Below are positions 9,381-18,220 of a stretch of DNA of 64,000 nt, piece by piece; the first letter of the stretch is position 1; every line of letters starts with the position of its first letter. The DNA is from Candidatus Gottesmanbacteria bacterium (lineage in GTDB: Bacteria > Patescibacteriota > Microgenomatia > UBA10105 > UBA927), in assembly GCA_963714095.1 (NCBI GenBank), contig OY970230.1:268114-332113 (forward strand). Reading direction: 5' to 3'. The notes below the pieces were generated by a model that worked only from the letters and a program-made list of their open reading frames with translations, was not told the DNA's origin and did no database searches. A program made the position numbers and the translations under genes.

Positions 9381-11105
9381 ATGAAGCGGACTTTTGCAAA
9401 AAACTATATACCGCTCATTGGAATTGTTATTCTTGCATCGCTGATGCGGTTCGTGTATCTGGACCGAATTCCTAATGCAATAGGCGGCGACGAACTTGTG
9501 TATCCGATTACGGCAAAATCGGTCGCTCTCACGGGAAAAGATCTTACGGGAACATGGAATATTTTTCAGTCATTGATTTTCCGGTACCCTCCCAACCAAC
9601 AGGCAGCTGAACTTCCGTATTTTCTCCACCTGCCGCTGAGCGGGTATTTCCCGTTTTCAGTACTCGCTGTACATCTGCCGTTTGCAATTCTTTCAGTCTG
9701 TACTGTACTTCTTTTCTATTTACTCGCGCAACTGTTATTCGGAACACCGGCGGGAATAGCTGTCGGGCTTGTCGCTGCAGTTAACCCGTGGCTTGTCGTC
9801 ATGGGGCGCACCGGATATGAATCTACTCCCGCAACGTTCTTTTATTTATTAGGATTTTACCTGTTATTGCGGCTGAAATCATGGAACATCCTGTGGAGTA
9901 TCATTCCTTTTGTATTAGCATTTTATTCCTATATAGCCACAAAAATAATCTTTATTCCATTAATCGTTCTTACCGCAATCATCGCCTATGTCCGGCGCGG
10001 GCATAAATATAAAACCCAATATATTCTTGCCGGACTCTTCTCAATTCTTTTCGTTTCCTTTTTTCTTATTGCCCTCGCGACATCTTCTCGAACATCGCGT
10101 TTATATCAAATACTTCTGCCGAATGCTGCGGAAATAACGACACACGTAAACGAATCACGAAAACTTTCAATAAATTCCCCTTTTGAAACAATCCTCGTAA
10201 ACAAATATTCCGTCTATATAAAAACTCTTACAAATAGATTGTTCGAGATCATTTCCCCTTCGTATCTCTTTGTAGAGGGAGATCTATTTTTCCCCGTACA
10301 CGGATACGGGATGTTTTATCCTGTTGATTTCATAGTATTTCTGTTGGGCTGCCTTTTTCTCTTCACGAAAAGAAAACTCTATTTTTTATGTGTGATGATA
10401 TATTTTCTCATCGGCGCGCTTCCTCAAATGCTGTTTCGTTCACAGAGTGAGTATTACTCTTTGCATTTGACAATGATGTTTCCGGTTATGATCATGTGTA
10501 TAGGATATGGGATATATGCAGTTCTCGCCTCTTTTCCAAAACAGTATAGATATCTTCTAACAGGGTGTATCACGATAGTATATCTGGGTAGCGTCATCAA
10601 TTTTGGTTATATCTATTTCTTCGAACACCCATTGCAGGAGTACGGAGATGTTCATATGCGCATCTTATCAAGATATATTCTCATGAACCAAAAAAAGAAT
10701 ATCCCTGTTTCCGTTTATTCCGATTCAAATATCGATGTCTTGAGTAAATATCTCTTTTATACCAATTCGCTCAACCGGAAGACAATTACTCTACTGAGAA
10801 AAACAAAATTTTCCGACGGATTCGGACTGAGCGGAATACATTTTTACGGCTGCAGAAAATCACTGGATATGGGCGCTACTTCCGGGGTGGTCATTATAAA
10901 CGCTTCCTGTTCAACAGACACAATTCCGTTGCATCTGAGCATATCAAGACTTGCGGACGGAGGGGAAATATATAAAATCTACAACGACAGCGTGTGTAGT
11001 AATTTTCATTTACAACAATACCCAAACCATATAACCATTGCAGAGCTCGACATCGATTCTTTAAGTGAAAAACAATTTTGTGAAACGTATATAAACCAAC
11101 GATAA
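9381..11105 (+). CDS. GT-C membrane glycosyltransferase, family 39 / PMT-ArnT-like
   Basis: 574 aa. N-terminal loop motif: IGGDELVYPITAKSVALTGKDLTG. It has many TM helices and a C-terminal soluble domain. Confidence 0.7.
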   Translation: MKRTFAKNYIPLIGIVILASLMRFVYLDRIPNAIGGDELVYPITAKSVALTGKDLTGTWNIFQSLIFRYPPNQQAAELPYFLHLPLSGYFPFSVLAVHLPFAILSVCTVLLFYLLAQLLFGTPAGIAVGLVAAVNPWLVVMGRTGYESTPATFFYLLGFYLLLRLKSWNILWSIIPFVLAFYSYIATKIIFIPLIVLTAIIAYVRRGHKYKTQYILAGLFSILFVSFFLIALATSSRTSRLYQILLPNAAEITTHVNESRKLSINSPFETILVNKYSVYIKTLTNRLFEIISPSYLFVEGDLFFPVHGYGMFYPVDFIVFLLGCLFLFTKRKLYFLCVMIYFLIGALPQMLFRSQSEYYSLHLTMMFPVMIMCIGYGIYAVLASFPKQYRYLLTGCITIVYLGSVINFGYIYFFEHPLQEYGDVHMRILSRYILMNQKKNIPVSVYSDSNIDVLSKYLFYTNSLNRKTITLLRKTKFSDGFGLSGIHFYGCRKSLDMGATSGVVIINASCSTDTIPLHLSISRLADGGEIYKIYNDSVCSNFHLQQYPNHITIAELDIDSLSEKQFCETYINQR

Positions 11106-11108
11106 GGT

Positions 11109-12731
11109 TTATTGGAAAAATACAATCGCGGGGGATCCATCGGGATAATAGACGGTAGCCACCACTGACTTACTAAATACTTCGGTCGGCAGACCTACAA
11201 AAAGAATTTTCTTTTGTGGCTCCCGAAGAGACGTATCTACTGTCCGAAATTTTACGTTACCGACGCTGTTACGCAGTTCATCAAATCCGCCGGATACCGT
11301 TCCGCCATGCTGCAGGTAAACCAGAGGATCAATATGGCTATAATAGAGGTAAAAAATATACGGAAAGTCCAAATAATTTGATACATAGACTATATCGTAT
11401 GAATTCTTCAGGGCATTTATTTTTTCTGTCATTTCACGTCTTCCCATATACCAATACTTCGCATCCTCAACTGGCAATACGGCGTAATACTGGTGAAAAT
11501 AATAGACGACGTTCAAAAGTATGCAAAGGGCGACCGGAATTCCGAGTACATACCGGATGATCATTTTCTTCTTCATAAGTATATATACAAGTGTAACGAG
11601 GCCCAAAGCAGACACAATTTGGAAGGAGGGAAGGAAAACTAAGGACCGCACGGGGTTAGGAGGAGGAACCGTAAATGCGGCCGCAACCGGAGACGCAAGC
11701 ATCCATAAAAACAGCACGGCCGACCCCTGCGACCATTTTCGTATCAGCATGTACGCACCTCCCAAAAACAAAGGCAACTCAAATACATACAACAACCCCA
11801 TATCCGGCGCCCGGTATTTATCGATAGATTTGTCTAAAAACAAAAAATTCGGATCGAAATACCCGAAATATCCGCGCATGAACGTTTCGGCATAGGTTAG
11901 CATACGGTTATCAAAAATGAGAAATATGTTTCGTCCCTGAGAACGGTCCAGCATTGCGCGTGCAGCGGGTTTCTTCAGATCATCAGGATTTCCGAATGCA
12001 CTCACTCCTGCTTCACGCATCTGCCCCTGGGAAGATAAAGATAATTTCAAAATAGGCAACAGGAGTATAAAACCCAAAATAAGACTGATAATGACAGCGA
12101 ACTTTTGTTTCCATAGTTCTTTCCGGTATATAATGGCAAGCCCGACGCAAAGAAGCGGAACAAAAATCCGCGGCGATAAGTATGTCCATACAGATAAGGA
12201 AAAAAAGAACGAACTAAGAACGAGAAACCATCCACTCCTAAGCCCCTTCATAAAAAAATACACGCCTAAAACGATAAAAAATACCGCAACATTTGCCTCA
12301 TATCCGGCTCTCGAAAACTGGAGGGACCATGGGGATATTGCCAATAAAAGTGCCGCAGCCAATGCAATATGATGAACCTGTTTTTTATCCCATTTGTAGA
12401 AAAGTTCCCGTACTAAAAGATACGTCACCAATACCGTCAGCGTCCCGAATAAAACCGATGGAAACCTTACGGAAAAGTCATTATACCCGAATACGCTTAT
12501 ACTGCCGCTCACCATGTAGACATACACCGGCATTTTGTAGTCATCAAACGATCGGAATGTAAGCGGATACCACTTCCCATATTCATCACGGCCTGTTTTC
12601 AGGATAGAATACGCGTTATATCCTATTGCGACCTCATCAGAATTGAGGGCCGGCGGTATCTCGGTTAACCGGTAAAAACGCAAAAAACCGGCAAGCAGTA
12701 CTATCAAAAAAATCCAAATATATCGCTTCAT
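11109..12731 (-). CDS. GT-C membrane glycosyltransferase, family 39 / PMT-ArnT-like
   Basis: 540 aa. Loop motif: LNSDEVAIGYNAYSILKTGRDEYGKWYPL, near-identical to 972..2615 and the partial gene at 1..975. Confidence 0.75.
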   Translation of the reverse strand: MKRYIWIFLIVLLAGFLRFYRLTEIPPALNSDEVAIGYNAYSILKTGRDEYGKWYPLTFRSFDDYKMPVYVYMVSGSISVFGYNDFSVRFPSVLFGTLTVLVTYLLVRELFYKWDKKQVHHIALAAALLLAISPWSLQFSRAGYEANVAVFFIVLGVYFFMKGLRSGWFLVLSSFFFSLSVWTYLSPRIFVPLLCVGLAIIYRKELWKQKFAVIISLILGFILLLPILKLSLSSQGQMREAGVSAFGNPDDLKKPAARAMLDRSQGRNIFLIFDNRMLTYAETFMRGYFGYFDPNFLFLDKSIDKYRAPDMGLLYVFELPLFLGGAYMLIRKWSQGSAVLFLWMLASPVAAAFTVPPPNPVRSLVFLPSFQIVSALGLVTLVYILMKKKMIIRYVLGIPVALCILLNVVYYFHQYYAVLPVEDAKYWYMGRREMTEKINALKNSYDIVYVSNYLDFPYIFYLYYSHIDPLVYLQHGGTVSGGFDELRNSVGNVKFRTVDTSLREPQKKILFVGLPTEVFSKSVVATVYYPDGSPAIVFFQ

Positions 12732-13633
12732 GATAAAACCTCAAGCTGCGCGTCGGGCACACTGAACAAACGACGCTGTACGGACCGGTGGTTTACAATC
12801 TCCTGAAATTTCAATAAAGCAAGAAAATACCCCTGCACCATAAGGCTGTCGCCGCTGAGAATCGTCTGCATAATCCTCACGGGGGTCCAAAGCATATGTG
12901 CGGCTAAAATATTCACATCCGTAACATTTTTCCAGATAAAAATATACTGGTTCCTGTAGACAATCCGTTTAACTTCCTTTGATGTAAATTCGCGTTTAAT
13001 TTTACCTTCTTCGTGAAAGTGATGTACGATACTTTTTGGCTCAAATAATGTCTTCCAACCGGCTTTCCGTGCACGGTACGACAAATCTATGTCTTCCCAG
13101 TAAAATGGGTTATAGAGCATATCCATACCACCGAGCTTTTTCCACATGGACTTCCTAAATGCTCCGCTACCGCCCGACACCCAAGCAGTCGAAACTCTGC
13201 CTACCTCGCCCCGCGCATGAATGTAATATCCCCTCTCCCAATGTGCTACTCCCCTACCGCGCAATATGGTTTTTCCTTCTTCTAAACTTTTTTCAAGACA
13301 ACCGACAGCAAATACGTCAGGATCCACAAAATGTGCGATGAGCGGTGCTAAATAATCATGCTTCGGTTCAACATCCGTATTCAAAAGTACGACGATATCA
13401 CCGGTCGCACACGCCACACCCGCATTCACAGTAGCAGCAAACCCCTCGTGCTTACTCCGCTCGATCACAATCACCGTAGGAAAGTTTTTTTTGAGATACT
13501 CGACGGAGCCGTCGGTCGACATATCATCTGCTACAATAACTTCTGCTCCCAGGGAAGCACTCATGACGTTGGGCAGGTGCTTTTTCATGAGTGATACGCC
13601 GTTCCAGTTGGGAATAACTATAGATACCCGCAT
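12728..13633 (-). CDS. family 2 glycosyltransferase (GT-A fold)
   Basis: 301 aa. N-terminal Rossmann-like region: VSIVIPNWNG...EVIVADDMSTDGS. DXD-like motif: LNTDVEP. It overlaps the upstream gene by ATGA. Confidence 0.8.
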   Translation of the reverse strand: MRVSIVIPNWNGVSLMKKHLPNVMSASLGAEVIVADDMSTDGSVEYLKKNFPTVIVIERSKHEGFAATVNAGVACATGDIVVLLNTDVEPKHDYLAPLIAHFVDPDVFAVGCLEKSLEEGKTILRGRGVAHWERGYYIHARGEVGRVSTAWVSGGSGAFRKSMWKKLGGMDMLYNPFYWEDIDLSYRARKAGWKTLFEPKSIVHHFHEEGKIKREFTSKEVKRIVYRNQYIFIWKNVTDVNILAAHMLWTPVRIMQTILSGDSLMVQGYFLALLKFQEIVNHRSVQRRLFSVPDAQLEVLS

Positions 13634-13652
13634 ATATGATAGTATAACGTAT

Positions 13653-14945
13653 ATGAAGCCGCTCCGACAATTTATCCGTAATCCCTATTTCCTGATTGCC
13701 CTCCTGTTATTTTTTATCCACACGTTTTTTATGTTTTACAATCTGGAAAAATGGGCGTCGTTCGACTGGGATCAGGTTGATAATGCATGGGCAGCAATAC
13801 GTATCCTTGTAGGCCATAACTATCCGTTGGTCGGAATGGTTGCCAAACAAAACAGCGGATTCTATATTGGGCCGATCTATTATTATCTTGTTGCTGTCTT
13901 TTATTTCTTTACCCGCCTGAATCCTATTGCTTCACCCATATTAGCAGGGTGTACCGCTCTATTCAGTTATTGGGTCATCTATGGAGTTTCCCGCAGGATA
14001 TTTAACGAAAAGGTTGCGCTCATCTCGTGTTTTATTTATACGTTTTCATCGGCCATCATACTCGCGGAACGGTCACAATGGCCGGTAAATTTTATTGCCC
14101 CCGTAGCACTTCTCATTTTCTATTTTCTGTATAAAGTTATGACGGGCGATGCAAAATATATCATTCATCTGGCAGCTGCCGTCGGATTGTCATTTCATAT
14201 CCACTTTACGGCAATTTTTTATCCGATCATCATTCTTTTATGTCTTCCCCTGATCCCAATACACAAAAAAACATGGAGCTATATCCTTGTTGCCGTTCCG
14301 GTGTTCGTGGCTTTTATGATTCCTCAGGCGATCTATTATACCCAGGCAAACCATCACAGCAGCCTTGGAAATTATTCCGGGTATTTTCAGTCCTACTATC
14401 ACGGTTTTCACCTCCAACGGATGCTGCAACTATCCCATGATGCGTTTATCAAATTTCAGTCGGTCCTGGAAAAACCGTATGTCATACTTCGGAATGCAGT
14501 ATTTCTTTATATCCCCCTTTTTTTCTTGGCGTATAAGCAAAAGCAAAAAAATCCCTATTGGCTAAAACTTTTTTATCTTCTATGTGTATGGATTCTTGTC
14601 CCATGGATAGTATTCACCACATATAGCGGAGAGATCAGCGATTATTATTTTAATATCCAGCTTTACGTTGCTGTAATCCTATTTGCCTATCTGACCTATT
14701 GGATTTGGGAGACGAAAAAGTTCATACTCCGCACGGCCATCGGCATGTTCTGGCTCTACTTTACCATTGCAAACGTTCAAATATTTTTTAACACGCATGA
14801 CAGTAATTTTATCAAAAATATAATTGCGGTTCAGCAAAGTGTCGACGGTGGAAAACTGATCAATTTTAGCGAAGGTGATCCTAAATCATATCTCGATTTT
14901 TATGATTCATATACGCAACACAAGCCATTACCATTCAAATTGTAA
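13653..14945 (+). CDS. polytopic GT-C-like membrane protein (ArnT/GT39-like, shorter form)
   Basis: The ORF 13491..14945 is trimmed to MKPLRQFIRNPYFL (ATG at 13653), which avoids a 140-nt overlap with the divergent GT2. It shares the GPIYYY motif with 31753..33339 and has about 11 TM helices. Family assignment is tentative. Confidence 0.5.
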   Translation: MKPLRQFIRNPYFLIALLLFFIHTFFMFYNLEKWASFDWDQVDNAWAAIRILVGHNYPLVGMVAKQNSGFYIGPIYYYLVAVFYFFTRLNPIASPILAGCTALFSYWVIYGVSRRIFNEKVALISCFIYTFSSAIILAERSQWPVNFIAPVALLIFYFLYKVMTGDAKYIIHLAAAVGLSFHIHFTAIFYPIIILLCLPLIPIHKKTWSYILVAVPVFVAFMIPQAIYYTQANHHSSLGNYSGYFQSYYHGFHLQRMLQLSHDAFIKFQSVLEKPYVILRNAVFLYIPLFFLAYKQKQKNPYWLKLFYLLCVWILVPWIVFTTYSGEISDYYFNIQLYVAVILFAYLTYWIWETKKFILRTAIGMFWLYFTIANVQIFFNTHDSNFIKNIIAVQQSVDGGKLINFSEGDPKSYLDFYDSYTQHKPLPFKL

Positions 14946-17189
14946 AACGATAGTATGATTCCCTTTCGGTACGAGTATCCCCTGAAACAGATAGTTTGTT
15001 CTGTATATGGGAGTCGGAGCCGAATCAACGTATGCTTTCCAACCCGAGTCGTACATATTTGCAATCACAACAAAATGATCATGAGTCAGAGACGAAAATG
15101 CACGTAGCTCAGACATGGTTTCAGACAGGATCGATACGCGATCGCCGGGAGCAACCGGCGACTGCACGACGGATAATTGATCCTCGATAACTGCCTGTTT
15201 CGCCGGATTAAACGACGTGTTATACAGCATATCCATGCTCTGTTGTTTTGAATTTGCATGCAAAACCGACTCTACGGGATATATCCTGGGCAATTCCTTC
15301 GTGTAGCGATAAATTTTTGTTTGACCTTCCTGATACACGAGTTCTAACCCCGGATTCTTCAGATCATTCAAAGATAAAATATATTTGACGTTCAGAAGCG
15401 GCAGGAGCAGAGAATTTGTGGTTGATACGGTGATAATCCGGTTAAAACCGAACGGCGGGGTAATATCCGGTTTCTGACGGTTGAGCGCCGCAATGAACTC
15501 CTCGTATCTGGCATCGTACACCGGATCATACCCCTCAACGGATTCTATGCCGTAATATGCAGCTGTATTTGGCGGCAGTAAACGAGCATCCAGACTCATC
15601 ACGCGGAACGGTGTTGGTTGCGACTGAAGAAATATGATTGTCTGCGTCATGGGGAAAAAATACTCCTGCGGTGTAAACGGCGTAAATTTCCACCCGAACC
15701 GGAATAAGTCAAATGATACGATAACGATAATCAATCCCGCAACCGCATATCTATATCGTTTTTTAAGATATACAGCAGACACAAGAACGATGCTGCTGAC
15801 AATAAATAGTATGCTTGGTAATACGAGATTGCGCCTGGCAATAAGTAAGTCTGCTGAAAAATCGGGGTTATGATTCAATTTCGGCATAAAAATCACATAT
15901 ACCCACATTCCCGCCAGCAAAAAAAACACTATTCCGATGCCGTAAAAAATATATTTATTCTTATTCCTTAAGAAGAAATCCATACCGAGGGCTGCCAAGG
16001 CTGCCAGACAAAAATCAACCAGGACCATAAGTCTCGTCGGCTGCATCGTTGAGAGTACCGGCACATGGAGTTCGAAAGGAATTTTTGAAATAGGATTGGG
16101 CAATATAAACAGAAAACCAATTCCTAACGTTACCGCAATAAAGCGTGTCAGCCGGTCTTTACGGACAAGAACAGCATAAAAAGCACATATGAGGGGCAGG
16201 ATACCTATATACCCAATGAACTCTCCATAATTCCAAATACCCCAATAATTAAGCGTTGCGGGATTTCCAAAAAAGTCAGGCGCTATAAACTGTACCAAAT
16301 GTTGCCAGGGTAAAAACCAACCATCTTTGAGCCAAGCACCGGCATCGCCAATTCGCGAACTATGTGTCAACGTTTGTAAAAATGGCACCCATTGCACTGA
16401 AGACAAAATAACAGCAAAAAACACGGCGCTAATTATCCACCAACCATAGCGTTTTTGCGAACTATTCCATAGTTGAAATACCGCGTATACAGCGGCGAAT
16501 ATACAAATATAGAATGCCACCTGCGCATGTCCCGCCAGTAACACAAACGTTGCCGATGCCGTACACAGCGCAGTCCAAAATAATTTTGTTTTTTTACTAT
16601 TGGTATCAACAATCTTATCGATCGCAAGGAGAATAAGAGGTAACCACAAAGCGGTTTGATCAATTGTCCCCCAGGTGAGCCAGGAAATAAAAAATCCGCA
16701 GAAACTCCAGACTATCGCGCCCAACAAGGACGCCAACAGGTGAATATTTTTCCGTTTAAGAAAAAGATATAAAAATAATCCGCCGAGAACCGGCTGCAAA
16801 ATAATCATTATTGTCCAGGCAACAGGAAATGAGAACACGAAAAAGAGAATATTCAGCGGGTAGAACGCTCCCGCCTGTATATTTCCCACAAGAGACGTTC
16901 CGGAAAATGTATAGGGATTCCATGAGGGCAACTTTCCCTGTTTAAGACTATCTATAACGAGTTTTTTCCAGGGAATCTGCTGACGGACCGGGTCCGTAAT
17001 AAGAAAATTTTTATACGGAACGCCTCTCGGATTTGTCGCGGCGTATAAATCTCTCCATGGATGATATAAACCGATAAGCGTATCTGTGGGAACCGGCAAT
17101 CTACCTGAAAGAAGTGTCGGATAAAAAAATACCGCGCAAATGACGATAAAAACGGCAGGAATCACAATTTTCTGAAATACTTTTTTCAT
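14928..17189 (-). CDS. YfhO-family polytopic membrane protein (paralog)
   Basis: 753 aa. C-terminal motif: DSGWKAYVDSAPTPIYRTNYLFQGILVPKGNHTIVLQFEW. Its 3' end overlaps the convergent gene 13653..14945 by 18 nt. Confidence 0.7.
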   Translation of the reverse strand: MKKVFQKIVIPAVFIVICAVFFYPTLLSGRLPVPTDTLIGLYHPWRDLYAATNPRGVPYKNFLITDPVRQQIPWKKLVIDSLKQGKLPSWNPYTFSGTSLVGNIQAGAFYPLNILFFVFSFPVAWTIMIILQPVLGGLFLYLFLKRKNIHLLASLLGAIVWSFCGFFISWLTWGTIDQTALWLPLILLAIDKIVDTNSKKTKLFWTALCTASATFVLLAGHAQVAFYICIFAAVYAVFQLWNSSQKRYGWWIISAVFFAVILSSVQWVPFLQTLTHSSRIGDAGAWLKDGWFLPWQHLVQFIAPDFFGNPATLNYWGIWNYGEFIGYIGILPLICAFYAVLVRKDRLTRFIAVTLGIGFLFILPNPISKIPFELHVPVLSTMQPTRLMVLVDFCLAALAALGMDFFLRNKNKYIFYGIGIVFFLLAGMWVYVIFMPKLNHNPDFSADLLIARRNLVLPSILFIVSSIVLVSAVYLKKRYRYAVAGLIIVIVSFDLFRFGWKFTPFTPQEYFFPMTQTIIFLQSQPTPFRVMSLDARLLPPNTAAYYGIESVEGYDPVYDARYEEFIAALNRQKPDITPPFGFNRIITVSTTNSLLLPLLNVKYILSLNDLKNPGLELVYQEGQTKIYRYTKELPRIYPVESVLHANSKQQSMDMLYNTSFNPAKQAVIEDQLSVVQSPVAPGDRVSILSETMSELRAFSSLTHDHFVVIANMYDSGWKAYVDSAPTPIYRTNYLFQGILVPKGNHTIVLQFEW

Positions 17190-18220
17190 CGGGTCATATC
17201 CGAAAGTAAACCGTCAAATGCATTTGTAAATGTTTCGACACTAAACTTCTTGGACTCCGTAATTATGTTTTCACGCTCCTGAGTTTGAACGGATCTATTT
17301 TTAATTTTAATAATTTCCTGAGTGAATGCTATGCACTCATCAGGTGTACTCCAAAGATTCTTTTGTACAATCTCCGACTGACCACCACCGTTAAATACAA
17401 CAGGGATACACCCTGCCGACATTGCTTCAACCGTCGTAATACCGAAATGCTCCATATTTTCCGGACGGATCTCTCCGAATCCAGCTGCGTGCCAATAAAT
17501 AAGCGACTCGTTATATAATTTTGTCAGTTCATTAAACGAAGCGTTTGGAAAAAATTTGACGGGTAATCCTTCTCCCAATCGTTGCAATGATTCATAATAT
17601 TTCTTATCTCCCTGTTGCAATCCTCCCGCAAGTTTCAGTTCAAATCCAGACAGGCGTTTTGTATGTGCTGCTTTTCGAAACATCTCTATAAGTACGTTCT
17701 GTTTTTTGATCGGATGGAACCGTCCGACGGAAAGAATAATATTTTTCTTCACGCTTTCTCCCTGTTTTATCGGCTCGACCGGTGGGTAAATCACGCTTGC
17801 CCGTTTCCCGACACGCGGATCCAGATTATCCCTCGTAAAATCTGAGTTACAGACTATCGACTGAAAACGCGTCAGTTTAACCGGGTGAACGAAAATTTTC
17901 CGAAACGGCACCTGAAAATGTAATATATTACGGCGCGCAAATGTCGTAGGGATACTTCCGTCCGTCAGGAAAAAAATAAGGTCATATCCACTACTTACCG
18001 CCAGTTTTTTAAATAGGTTTTTTGCTTTAAAAACATTTTCCACCATTCGAACCCGTTTAAGATCAATGTGTAAACGTTTTTCCGATTCCTCTACGATCTT
18101 GGGGTTATCCCAAAAAAGAACGACGTCGTGGATCCGTGACCAGTGAGAGGCAAGCGTTAATACGTACCGCTCTCCGCCGCTCATGCTGTCGAAATACGGG
18201 TTGTAAAATCCTATTTTCAT
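17186..18220 (-). CDS. family 1 (GT4-type, GT-B fold) glycosyltransferase
   Basis: 344 aa. The signature EHFGITTVEAMSAGCIPVV matches the E-x7-E glycosyl transferase group 1 motif. There are ATGA overlaps at both ends. Confidence 0.8.
   Translation of the reverse strand: MKIGFYNPYFDSMSGGERYVLTLASHWSRIHDVVLFWDNPKIVEESEKRLHIDLKRVRMVENVFKAKNLFKKLAVSSGYDLIFFLTDGSIPTTFARRNILHFQVPFRKIFVHPVKLTRFQSIVCNSDFTRDNLDPRVGKRASVIYPPVEPIKQGESVKKNIILSVGRFHPIKKQNVLIEMFRKAAHTKRLSGFELKLAGGLQQGDKKYYESLQRLGEGLPVKFFPNASFNELTKLYNESLIYWHAAGFGEIRPENMEHFGITTVEAMSAGCIPVVFNGGGQSEIVQKNLWSTPDECIAFTQEIIKIKNRSVQTQERENIITESKKFSVETFTNAFDGLLSDMTR

Noticed and set aside
13491-13652. N-terminal 54-aa extension of ORF 13491..14945 overlapping the divergent GT2 gene by ~140 nt
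   Set aside because: The extension is non-hydrophobic and overlaps a well-supported gene. The internal ATG at 13653 directly precedes the first TM helix and leaves a 19-nt AT-rich intergenic spacer.
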